Part shown: one piece after another, positions 19,428 through 28,495 of the stretch
Numbering within the stretch: position 1 is the first letter of the stretch
Layout of the letters: each line of letters begins with the position of its first letter
Virus record (IMG/VR): IMGVR_UViG_3300042484_001245
Location: 28,931-92,930 of that record
Source of the DNA: a virus
Strand: one strand, 5' to 3'
Length of the DNA: 64,000 nt
The notes under the pieces: generated by a model
Databases searched by the model: none
The model's input: the letters and a program-made list of their open reading frames with translations, nothing else
Told to the model about the DNA's origin: nothing
Program-made: the position numbers and the translations under genes

Positions 19428-20903
19428 ATGGACAAAATCTCAGTCTCAAAACTTGATGAAGTTTACTTGCAAGTCTCGTGCGACTCTGGTATCGCTCGTG
19501 AGCTGGCTGAGTTCTTTAGTTTCTTTGTACCTGGGTATCAGTTCATGCCAGCGTACAAAATGCGAATGTGGAACGGGAAGATAAACTTGTTCAACCAGAT
19601 GAACTATACTCTATACATCGGGTTGTTGCCATACTTAAAGGAATTCTGCGCATCTCGTGATTACACACTTGACGTGTGTGACGAATTGACACATAAGCAG
19701 AAATGTTCTTTTGAAGATTGTCAAAAGTTCCTGGAAACTCTTGAACTGCCATTTGAAGCAAGAGACTACCAGATAGAAGCAATACGACACGGTATAAAAA
19801 ATCATAGAGCATTGCTACTTTCTCCCACTGGCTCAGGTAAGAGTCTCATCATATACGCTCTCGCACGTTACTACAACAAAAAAACTCTCGTTATTGTTCC
19901 AACCATTTCTCTCGTATCGCAGATGTTCTCTGACTTTAAGAACTATGCGAAGAATCAGCCTGAGTACAATGTAGACAAGATATGTCACCCAATATACGGA
20001 GGTCAAGAAAAAATCACAGATAAAAAAGTTGTGATCTCTACGTGGCAATCCATCTACAAACTCCCAAAGTCATGGTTCGAGCAGTTTGATGTTGTCATTG
20101 GTGATGAAGTACACTTATTCAAAGCAAAGTCATTGATGAGCATCATGTCAAAGCTCGACTCTGCAAAGTATCGCTTCGGTACAACTGGAACACTTGACGG
20201 AACACAAACACACAAACTTGTTCTTGAAGGACTGTTTGGCACTACGTTTGCAGTGACAACAACAAAATCACTGATGGACAAAAAGCAACTCGCAGACTTG
20301 AGTATCGAATGCATTGTGTTGAAGTATGACAAAGACATCATCAAAGCACGAAAGAAAGACAACTATCAAGATGAAATAAAGTTTCTTGTACAACACGAGA
20401 AGCGCAATATGTTCATTCGTAATTTGGCAGTCTCAACAAAATCAAACACACTTGTTATCTTTCAGCTAGTCGAGTTGCATGGAAAAGTTCTGTACAACTT
20501 AATCAAAGAGAAAGCACATAAGATTGATCCAAACAGAAAAGTGTTTTTTGTTTCTGGTGAAACTGATGCTGAAGTGCGAGAAGAAATTCGCCAAATCACC
20601 GAGAATGAGAAAGACGCAATCATCGTTGCATCAAGTGGTGTCTTCAGCACTGGAATCAACATTCGTAATCTTGAAAACATTATCTTTGCTTCACCAACAA
20701 AGAGTCGCATTAAAACGCTGCAATCAATTGGAAGAACACTACGCATTGGTGACAATTCAGATAAAGCAAAACTCTACGACATCGTTGATGACATGACAGA
20801 CAAATCTCATAAGAACTTTGCTGTAAAACATTTCTTAGAGCGTGTCAAGATCTACAATGAAGAGAAGTTCAAGTACAAATTACACAAGGTAAATCTGTTT
20901 TAA
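19428..20903 (+). CDS. uvsW: SF2 helicase UvsW
   Basis: SPTGSGKS, GDEVH, GTTGT, STGINI, QSIGR. Confidence 0.96.
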   Translation: MDKISVSKLDEVYLQVSCDSGIARELAEFFSFFVPGYQFMPAYKMRMWNGKINLFNQMNYTLYIGLLPYLKEFCASRDYTLDVCDELTHKQKCSFEDCQKFLETLELPFEARDYQIEAIRHGIKNHRALLLSPTGSGKSLIIYALARYYNKKTLVIVPTISLVSQMFSDFKNYAKNQPEYNVDKICHPIYGGQEKITDKKVVISTWQSIYKLPKSWFEQFDVVIGDEVHLFKAKSLMSIMSKLDSAKYRFGTTGTLDGTQTHKLVLEGLFGTTFAVTTTKSLMDKKQLADLSIECIVLKYDKDIIKARKKDNYQDEIKFLVQHEKRNMFIRNLAVSTKSNTLVIFQLVELHGKVLYNLIKEKAHKIDPNRKVFFVSGETDAEVREEIRQITENEKDAIIVASSGVFSTGINIRNLENIIFASPTKSRIKTLQSIGRTLRIGDNSDKAKLYDIVDDMTDKSHKNFAVKHFLERVKIYNEEKFKYKLHKVNLF

Positions 20904-20926
20904 TAAATATTTGAAAGGAACACGAT

Positions 20927-21349
20927 ATGGCAGTTATCAAAGTATTAAAGCTCACAACAGGCGACGAGATCATTGGAATTGTACAAGATGGTCGTGACAT
21001 GGAAGCAGGTGAGGACGGTTTCACTGTAGAAAATCTTTTGTTTGTTACAGCTCCACTTAAAGTCATTTCACGATACGACGAAAAGCTACGGGCACATTCG
21101 CTGTATCTTTCAGATTGGGTTCCATCAATTGGTGAAGAGACGTTGCCACTTGATAAGAGGAACATTTTGACTCTTGGGAATCCCAACACTGATCTTGAGA
21201 GTCACTACTACGAATTGATTCTTGCTAAAGACATGAAAGAGCAAGCCAAGAAACAAGAAGCAACACAACAGCTCGAAGATGATGCAGAAGACAAGCTCTT
21301 AAAGGAGTTGTTGAAGGAATGTGACTTTGATGATGACGACTTGAATTAA
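20927..21349 (+). CDS. Conserved T4-like protein, probable Sm-like fold
   Basis: KLTTGDEIIG start; position after uvsW; similar start in 37739..38044. Confidence 0.6.
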   Translation: MAVIKVLKLTTGDEIIGIVQDGRDMEAGEDGFTVENLLFVTAPLKVISRYDEKLRAHSLYLSDWVPSIGEETLPLDKRNILTLGNPNTDLESHYYELILAKDMKEQAKKQEATQQLEDDAEDKLLKELLKECDFDDDDLN

Positions 21350-21499
21350 ATGCTTTCCATTGCAGTTATCAATTCAGCTAGTTAGGACATCGAAAATCAA
21401 TAGGAATAACGAATCTGATACACGACATAGCTCCGTGTTAAAATGCCGTCCTATTGCCGTTTAGTGTTGTTGAGTTTGCTTAAACCAAATGCTACTAAA

Positions 21500-21543
21500 T
21501 TTGATAGCACAATCTATCAAATTTGATAGTACAAGCTATCAAA
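21500..21543. repeat. Tandem 22-bp palindromic unit TTTGATAG-N6-CTATCAAA x2
   Basis: tttgatag-cacaat-ctatcaaa-tttgatag-tacaag-ctatcaaa read directly. Confidence 0.85.
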
Positions 21544-21789
21544 AAATATTTTTTCATCCATCTCTGGAAAGCGCGGTTTTTGTTCTCTTGGAATACTACA
21601 TACGCTTGTAGCGCCTTCAGCATATCTTTACCTAAACCTTTTATTAAGATCTTATAAGGCCTTGGTAGGCCTTTATTAAACCCCTCCACGCACGAGCTGT
21701 TTTTTTCATTCAATCTACAAATAGGTCTCATGGATAAAAACTCGGATTTTGTGGAAAGATTCTACACGAATTTTCTTGATTCATTCTTT

Positions 21790-21895
21790 CAGGTTCTTTA
21801 TAAGACCTTATTAGAACCTTCCTAACCTAAAACCTTCCTAGACCTTTTAAGACCTTAAAACCTTTTAAGGTTCCTAAAAGGAACCTAAACCCAAA
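21790..21895. repeat. Cluster of short (A/G)ACCTT-type repeats and small hairpins
   Basis: aagacctt, agaacctt, aaaacctt, tagacctt, aagacctt, aaaacctt, then aggttcct-aaa-aggaacct. Confidence 0.7.
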
Positions 21896-21948
21896 ATCTC
21901 TAAAAGATTTTCTTGTATTAGTTTTAACATATGTTAGTATGAAACACT

Positions 21949-22551
21949 ATGAAGGAAAAATCAGAACAAAGGAAACCACAGCACTATGTAAACAATGCTG
22001 AGTTTCTTAAACACATGAAAGAGCACATCGCCGAAGTGAACAAGGCAAAAAAGGCGAAGCAACCTCTTCCGAGAGTTTCAGACTACATTGGTGAATGCAT
22101 TGTCAACATCGCAAACAAGTTAGCTAACAAGCCAAACTTCATGAACTATCCTTTCAGAGAAGAGATGATCTCAGACGGTATAGAAAATTGTTTGCAGTAT
22201 TTGAATAATTTCAATCCCAAAAAGTCTTCTAATCCATTTGCATACTTCACGCAGATTATCTACTACGCTTTTGTACGACGAATACAAAAAGAGAAGAAGC
22301 AACTGTATACGAAGTATCGCATGATTGAAGAATCACTCTTACATGATATTCATGATGTTGAGAATGTTTCAGCGAATAAGTATGGCAGCGACCAAGCTGA
22401 CTTGAATATGCATGAGTTCGTAGAAAACTTTGAGAGGAGTCGTGAAAACAAGAAGAAGAAAACAAAAGAAGCAAAATCTTCAAAGAAGAAGAAGACTGGC
22501 TCAGATTTTGACGACATCTTCGATCAGTACAAAGACCTTCCAGAACAATAG
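21949..22551 (+). CDS. gp55: Late sigma factor gp55
   Basis: HYVNNAEFL, YIGECI, PNFMNYPFREEMISDGIENC, NPFAYFTQIIYYAFVRRIQKEKKQ. Confidence 0.96.
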   Translation: MKEKSEQRKPQHYVNNAEFLKHMKEHIAEVNKAKKAKQPLPRVSDYIGECIVNIANKLANKPNFMNYPFREEMISDGIENCLQYLNNFNPKKSSNPFAYFTQIIYYAFVRRIQKEKKQLYTKYRMIEESLLHDIHDVENVSANKYGSDQADLNMHEFVENFERSRENKKKKTKEAKSSKKKKTGSDFDDIFDQYKDLPEQ

Positions 22552-22568
22552 TAGCAGTGGGATAGACT

Positions 22569-22841
22569 ATGAGTTTAGGGAAGAGGAAACAGGAGATCCT
22601 CGACAGCCTGTACAAACATTGTAGCTGTCGAACGAATCGATCCATTGATATTCTCCACAAGTTGTTGGATGACGTGAAGATATATCCAGGTAATACTGGA
22701 AAAGAAAATCTCCTTGCAATTATACGTGAGTATAAAGCAACCGGGAAAAATCTTGAATCCACAATCAATTCGATATATGATATTCTATATCCTGTTAAAA
22801 CATCTTTACCTGAGAGTAAAGATACAGACTATGAGTGGTAA
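22569..22841 (+). CDS. Hypothetical protein
   Basis: In operon between gp55 and gp47. Confidence 0.55.
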   Translation: MSLGKRKQEILDSLYKHCSCRTNRSIDILHKLLDDVKIYPGNTGKENLLAIIREYKATGKNLESTINSIYDILYPVKTSLPESKDTDYEW

Positions 22842-23027
22842 ATGACAAAGCGAAAAGCAACAGAGAAGAAAGTTTCTTCAGCTAAAACTACAAAAAAGAA
22901 ACTTTCACCTAAGAAAGCGTTGCTTTCTGATTTACTTGATGTAATCGACAAGCACGTTGCAAATGGAAACTTTGCTACACGAGATGAAGCAATCAATCAA
23001 ATTATCGTCACGTTCTTCGTTGGCTAA
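22842..23027 (+). CDS. Hypothetical small basic protein
   Basis: Abuts both neighbours; Lys-rich N-terminus. Confidence 0.5.
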   Translation: MTKRKATEKKVSSAKTTKKKLSPKKALLSDLLDVIDKHVANGNFATRDEAINQIIVTFFVG

Positions 23028-23033
23028 ACGAAC

Positions 23034-24116
23034 ATGAAAGTTGCAATTATTACTGACACGCACTGTGGTGCAGGTAACGACAATCAATCTCTCAATGAAT
23101 TCTTTCTTCGATTCTATGAAGAGGTGTTTTTTCCTTACTTGAAAGAGCACAACATCAAAAACGTTCTACATCTTGGCGATACGTTTGATAGACGTAAGTA
23201 CATCAACTTCAGTACACTTCACTCGTGGCAGAATCGTGTCTTCAAGCCATTGAATGATATGTGTGATCGTGTCGATCTTCTTATTGGTAATCACGACACA
23301 TACTACAAGAACACAAACAAAGTAAACAGTGTTGAAGAATTGTTGCGCATCTATGACAAGTTCAATGTGTATGTTGAGCCAAGCGAAGTAATACTCGGCG
23401 AACGAAAGTTCATGTATGTTCCCTGGATCTGTGAAGATAACGCACAACGTACACTTGACATGATCGAAAAATCTGATGCACACGTCTGTGCAGGACATCT
23501 TGAGCTTATCGGCTTCGAGATGTATGCTGGTCATATCAATGCAGACAAAGGACTTCGTTCTGAACTATTCGACAAGTTCTACATGACGATGAGTGGCCAC
23601 TTTCATCAAAAGTCTTCTCGTGGCAACATTCACTACCTTGGAGCTCCATATGCTATGATGTGGGGTGATTGGGGATCTCTCAAAGGTTTTCATGTACTCG
23701 ACACTGAAACACTTGAGTTGACGTTTGTTGAGAATCCTATACAGATGTTCCATAAGATCTACTACAACGACACAAACGAAACGTTTGACACGTTGATGAG
23801 TAAAGATCACTCAAGCATTGCAGGCAAGTTTGTTAAGTTGATTGTTCAGAAGAAGAACAACCCGTATTGGTTTGATCAACTTGTTGAGAGCTTGCAGAAG
23901 CACAATCCAGCAGATCTATCAGTGATAGAATCAGCATTTGAAGAAGGCATTTCTGACAGTGTTGATATTGATGAAGCGAAAGACACGCTGACTATTTTGA
24001 AAGAGTGTGTTGAGTCATTAGAAATTGACGAGCATAAAAATGCTCTAAATGATCTACTGAGAGATTTGTATCTCGAAGCATTGAACTCAAACGAACACAT
24101 TCAGAGTAATGGCTAG
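23034..24116 (+). CDS. gp47: Recombination endonuclease gp47 (Mre11-like)
   Basis: DTH, LGDTFDRRK, GNHD, GHLEL, SGHFH. Confidence 0.95.
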   Translation: MKVAIITDTHCGAGNDNQSLNEFFLRFYEEVFFPYLKEHNIKNVLHLGDTFDRRKYINFSTLHSWQNRVFKPLNDMCDRVDLLIGNHDTYYKNTNKVNSVEELLRIYDKFNVYVEPSEVILGERKFMYVPWICEDNAQRTLDMIEKSDAHVCAGHLELIGFEMYAGHINADKGLRSELFDKFYMTMSGHFHQKSSRGNIHYLGAPYAMMWGDWGSLKGFHVLDTETLELTFVENPIQMFHKIYYNDTNETFDTLMSKDHSSIAGKFVKLIVQKKNNPYWFDQLVESLQKHNPADLSVIESAFEEGISDSVDIDEAKDTLTILKECVESLEIDEHKNALNDLLRDLYLEALNSNEHIQSNG

Positions 24117-24121
24117 AGAGT

Positions 24122-25834
24122 ATGATAATATTCAAGAAGGTCAGATGGAAGAATCTTCTATCGACTGGAAACAACTTCACAGAGATTGATCTTAATACGA
24201 ATCACAGCACGATTTTGCTTGGTCAATCAGGTAGTGGCAAGAGTACGCTTCTTGATGCGATTGCGTTTGCTCTTTTTAATCGCCCGTTCCGTAACATTAA
24301 CAAGAATCAACTTGTCAACACACTGAACCAAAAGAACTGTCTTGTAGAGATCGAATTCAGTATTGGTACACAAGAGTACCTTATTCGCCGTGGCATTAAG
24401 CCAACAGTCTTTGAGATCTTTTGTAACAACAACCTTATTAACCAAGACTCGCATACGAAAGATTACCAACAATATCTTGAGAGAAGTATTCTCAAGTTTA
24501 ATTTCAAAGCATTCACTCAGATCATCGTTCTTGGTGCATCTAACTTCACACCATTTATGCAACTGAAACCAGTTGATAGACGAATCATCATCGAAGGTCT
24601 GTTAGACATCGAAATCTTCTCAGTGATGAATGCTATTCTAAAGCAGAGAGTGTCAACACTCAAGGGTGTTTCTCAAGAAAATGATTATGCACTCTCACTC
24701 GTCAAAGAAAAGATTGGTCTTCAATCAAAGTACATCTCTGACTTGTCGCATAGTAAGCAAGAAAAGATTCAAGAGAACCTTGCGCTCATTGAAAAGAACA
24801 AAGAGCAAGCAAAGACAATTTCTGGAGACATAGAAAGTCTAAAAAATACTATCGTCGGACTTCGAGAACAGTTAAACTTCAAGACTGAACTTGTATCACA
24901 GATCGACAAGATTCGTGACATCAAGAACAAACTTGACACTAACATTAGAAAGACTCGGAAAGAAATTACGTTTTATGAAGAAAACGATAATTGTCCTACT
25001 TGCCATCAGAACATTCCTGGCGATTTTAAGTATGTAGAGATCAACAAGAAGAACTCAAAGATCTCTGAGTGGCAGAACGGAATCACTGATGCTGAATCTG
25101 CTATGGTTCGTTTCTTAGCAAAGATGGAAGAAGCGAAAGCTATTGAAGATGAGATTGATTCGATACAGAGTCAAATTGTTAAGAATCAAAGCATGATTGA
25201 TGGTATCAATCAATTCATCAAGAAGATTGCAAAAGACACACTCGATCTGAAGAATGAGCAAGATGCTCCACAAGAGTGTAACGACCGTTTAGTTGAGTTG
25301 AATACTGAACAAGAACAACTTGAGCGCAATAAGATTGCGTTTTCAAACCAGAAGAACATACAAGATCTTGCAACAGCACTCTTGAAAGATGGTGGTGTAA
25401 AAGCACGAATCATCAAGCAGTATCTTCCATTGATTAACAAGCACACAAACATCTTCTTAAATGCGATGAACTTCTTTGTAACGTTCAACATCGATGAAGA
25501 GTTTAATGAGTGTATCAAGTCTCGTGGACGTGATGACTTTGCATACGAAAACTTCAGTGAAGGTGAAAAGCAACGAATCGATCTTGCACTTCTATTTACA
25601 TGGCGAACTATTGCCAAGATGAAGAACAGTGTAAACACAAATCTTCTCATTATGGACGAAGTGTTGGATAGCTACTTGGATCAAACGGCTACCGAAAACG
25701 TTCTCCAACTTTTGAATTCTGATATGTTCAAAGACACAAACGTGTTTGTTATCTCTCACAAAGAAACCATATCTGACAAATTCCAGAAAACAATTCGCTT
25801 TACAAAGAATAAAAATTTTAGTAATATCATATAA
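24122..25834 (+). CDS. gp46: Recombination ATPase gp46 (Rad50-like)
   Basis: GQSGSGKST, CPTC hook, FSEGEKQRIDLA, IMDEVLDS. Confidence 0.96.
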   Translation: MIIFKKVRWKNLLSTGNNFTEIDLNTNHSTILLGQSGSGKSTLLDAIAFALFNRPFRNINKNQLVNTLNQKNCLVEIEFSIGTQEYLIRRGIKPTVFEIFCNNNLINQDSHTKDYQQYLERSILKFNFKAFTQIIVLGASNFTPFMQLKPVDRRIIIEGLLDIEIFSVMNAILKQRVSTLKGVSQENDYALSLVKEKIGLQSKYISDLSHSKQEKIQENLALIEKNKEQAKTISGDIESLKNTIVGLREQLNFKTELVSQIDKIRDIKNKLDTNIRKTRKEITFYEENDNCPTCHQNIPGDFKYVEINKKNSKISEWQNGITDAESAMVRFLAKMEEAKAIEDEIDSIQSQIVKNQSMIDGINQFIKKIAKDTLDLKNEQDAPQECNDRLVELNTEQEQLERNKIAFSNQKNIQDLATALLKDGGVKARIIKQYLPLINKHTNIFLNAMNFFVTFNIDEEFNECIKSRGRDDFAYENFSEGEKQRIDLALLFTWRTIAKMKNSVNTNLLIMDEVLDSYLDQTATENVLQLLNSDMFKDTNVFVISHKETISDKFQKTIRFTKNKNFSNII

Positions 25835-26541
25835 TGAGTAAAAATGATTTTCTCAATGAGAGGCTACTGATGAGTCATGACCCCAAGCCTAGAAACATAG
25901 TTCTCGTAAACGAATTCACAGAGTTTGGCGTAAAGCAATTTAAGTGTGATTTCGATGACATTAACAACAGTGCGCTTCCTATTATCCCTGTTGTAATTGA
26001 TAGTTTTGGTGGTGAAGTTTATTCTCTTCTCGCTATGCTTGATATTATGTCAACTGCAACAAAGCCTGTAGCTACAATTGCAATTGGTAAAGCTATGAGC
26101 TGTGGTAGCATTTTGTTGTCGTGTGGTTCTGCTGGACTTCGTTTTGTTGGACCTCACGCTACTGTTATGATTCATGACGTTGCTACAGTTTCGTTTGGCA
26201 AGATCGAAGAGCTTAAAGCTGACGTTGGTGAAGGCGAGCGTTTGAACAACAAGATCTTTGAGATGCTTGATGATCGTTGTGGTAAGCCTCGCGGCTATTT
26301 TCAAAAGATTGTTGCTGAAAAGAAACACGCCAACTGGTACCTTGATGCGAAAGAAGTAATCAAACACGGCGTTGCAGATCATGTTGGTCTTCCTGTCATT
26401 GATTCGCTTTTCAATCTCGATGTTGTTCGTGAGCAAGTAATTGAGAGTGCATCGAAGTCCAAGTCTAAGTCAAAAGCAAAGTCTAAGTCAAAGGCTAAAA
26501 ATGAAAAAGTGGTTCTACGAGAAAAACGACGAGCTGCTTAA
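25834..26541 (+). CDS. clpP: ClpP-family serine protease with basic SK-repeat tail
   Basis: IDSFGGEV, AMSCGS (catalytic Ser), MIHD (His), WYLDAKE..G.AD. Confidence 0.85.
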   Translation: MSKNDFLNERLLMSHDPKPRNIVLVNEFTEFGVKQFKCDFDDINNSALPIIPVVIDSFGGEVYSLLAMLDIMSTATKPVATIAIGKAMSCGSILLSCGSAGLRFVGPHATVMIHDVATVSFGKIEELKADVGEGERLNNKIFEMLDDRCGKPRGYFQKIVAEKKHANWYLDAKEVIKHGVADHVGLPVIDSLFNLDVVREQVIESASKSKSKSKAKSKSKAKNEKVVLREKRRAA

Positions 26542-28147
26542 TAGTCCCGTCAACAAGCCATTTGAAGAAGTTCTCTGGATGACAGAACCTGAGTTTTGTG
26601 CTTGGGTTGCTGAGATGCGAGCAGAGGTCGTTCGCATTTGGGATTCTCTTGGTATACCACCTCGTGTTGGTTTTACTGAGCAAGAAATCATCGGACAGTT
26701 TCGTGAGATGCGTTCGTATCCGGTGCATCATCCTGTTGATGGGTTTGAGTCTATCGATGAGGAGACTGGCACTAAAGATTGCATCAGAAACAACAGTGTA
26801 ATTGGTAACGCAGCTAATCAATGGTTCCCAACCATGATGGCAACGAAAATTAACTACACGGATGATACTTCTTCTGGTCTTTCTATCTACGATCACTTCA
26901 AAAATCCTGAACTCTTGCCTAAGATGATTACATATGGTCGTAGGCATTTCAAGCGTGATTCCTTCTATCACTACTCAAATCCTGTAAAATATTTCAACGA
27001 AGGTGATAATCTTCAAGAGTATTTGAAGAAGTATTTTCTTGAGCCAAAAGATTCTGCTGTTGAATGGATCAAAGCATACGAAGCAAAGCGTTCTGTGTAC
27101 GAGTCGCAGTTCGATTACTGGCTTGAAGCAAAAGAAGAAGACTCAGAATATACTGGCTACGATGAAGACTTGCGAAAGCTCAAGTGTCTTCGCTTGACTC
27201 GTGATGAGATGAATGAGTTGAACGACATCATTCCTGACAAGTGTAAGACGAACATCGATTACAAGAATCGTGATCTGTTTCAGATTCGTGTATTCAAGCG
27301 TGGACAGAAGTTGTTCCCTCTTGGTTTGAAAGCGTTCAGAATCTCTGTGTGTCAGTATGCTGTAAACTTCCCACCGTTGACTGCAAAGTATCTCTATGAG
27401 AAGTTTACAGAAGAGATCAAGACGCAGCCGCAGATCAACATTTGGGATCCTTCGTCTGGTTGGGGCGGTCGTATTCTTGGCGCAATGAGTGTTGAGAATG
27501 ATACACGCCGCATCAACTATATTGGTACAGACCCAAACACAGATCACAACACTGAAACTGGTCGCACAAAGTATCATGAGCTTGCAGACTTCTACAACAA
27601 GCACACTGATTCGCCGTTTGCTACAAACCCACCACACTCATACGAGTTTTATCAGTGTGGTTCAGAAGAGATGTGCAATCAGCCCGGCTTTCAAAAGTAC
27701 AAAGGTAAACTCGATCTTGTGTTTACGAGTCCACCATACTTTGCAAAAGAATTGTATTCAGATGATGATACACAGAGCGCAACGAAGTTCAACACGTTTG
27801 ATACGTGGGTAGAAGGTTTCTTACGTCCTACGTTAGAGACTGCTGTAGAATGGCTTGCGCCAAATCGTTACTTGCTGTGGAATATTGCAGATGCAAAGTT
27901 TGCAAATCAGATGCTTCCGCTCGAAAAGATTTCGTGCGACATTCTTGAATCTCTTGGCATGAAGTATGAGGGTAAACTCAAAATGGCTCTCGCACAAATG
28001 CCTGGTGGAAATCGTGTAGATCCTGAGACTGGTAAACCACTTGCTAAAAATTTCTGTCGAATCAGAGAAGCAAAGAAAGGTATCAAGTCACAAACAAAGA
28101 GTATTTGGTTCAAGTACGAACCTGTTTTTATCTTTAAGAAAGTATGA
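26501..28147 (+). CDS. Amino-methyltransferase (probable N4-cytosine DNA MTase) with large N-terminal domain
   Basis: SAM motif I WDPSSGWGGR and catalytic motif DLVFTSPPYF. Confidence 0.8.
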   Translation: MKKWFYEKNDELLNSPVNKPFEEVLWMTEPEFCAWVAEMRAEVVRIWDSLGIPPRVGFTEQEIIGQFREMRSYPVHHPVDGFESIDEETGTKDCIRNNSVIGNAANQWFPTMMATKINYTDDTSSGLSIYDHFKNPELLPKMITYGRRHFKRDSFYHYSNPVKYFNEGDNLQEYLKKYFLEPKDSAVEWIKAYEAKRSVYESQFDYWLEAKEEDSEYTGYDEDLRKLKCLRLTRDEMNELNDIIPDKCKTNIDYKNRDLFQIRVFKRGQKLFPLGLKAFRISVCQYAVNFPPLTAKYLYEKFTEEIKTQPQINIWDPSSGWGGRILGAMSVENDTRRINYIGTDPNTDHNTETGRTKYHELADFYNKHTDSPFATNPPHSYEFYQCGSEEMCNQPGFQKYKGKLDLVFTSPPYFAKELYSDDDTQSATKFNTFDTWVEGFLRPTLETAVEWLAPNRYLLWNIADAKFANQMLPLEKISCDILESLGMKYEGKLKMALAQMPGGNRVDPETGKPLAKNFCRIREAKKGIKSQTKSIWFKYEPVFIFKKV

Positions 28148-28410
28148 TCGAGCTAATTGGACATTTAGGAGCTTTTCTGTTGTCGCTGTCGTCTGCGCCT
28201 CAGTTGATTACAACGTACAGAACGAAAGATGTGACTGGTCTTTCACTCAATATGTTGCTCTTGTGGGGATTCGGATGTGCATTCATGGGAGTTTACGTCC
28301 TCTTTACATCGAAACAACTTCCGCTCCTGATCAATTATGCTTTTAATACGGCACTGGTTTTCTCAAATATCGTGCTTTACCTCAAATATAAGCCTAATAA
28401 AATCAAGTAG
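28144..28410 (+). CDS. SemiSWEET / PQ-loop transporter
   Basis: Three TM helices, PQ motif followed by RTKDVTGLS, late Asn in TM3. Confidence 0.85.
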   Translation: MIELIGHLGAFLLSLSSAPQLITTYRTKDVTGLSLNMLLLWGFGCAFMGVYVLFTSKQLPLLINYAFNTALVFSNIVLYLKYKPNKIK

Positions 28411-28431
28411 TTAAACTACTAAAAATAGTTG

Positions 28432-28461
28432 TTGACAACCAATAGATGTGTTTGTTATACT
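28432..28461 (+). promoter_or_regulatory. Sigma70-type (early) promoter
   Basis: TTGACA-18 nt-TATACT with TG extension. Confidence 0.7.
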
Positions 28462-28495
28462 TATAATACGGAAACTGTATTGTAAGGTAACGTTC

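Noticed and set aside
21495-21731. Minus-strand 78-aa ORF in the pre-gp55 gap
   Set aside because: Runs through palindromic repeats, opposes all neighbouring genes and has no recognisable motif; probably chance.
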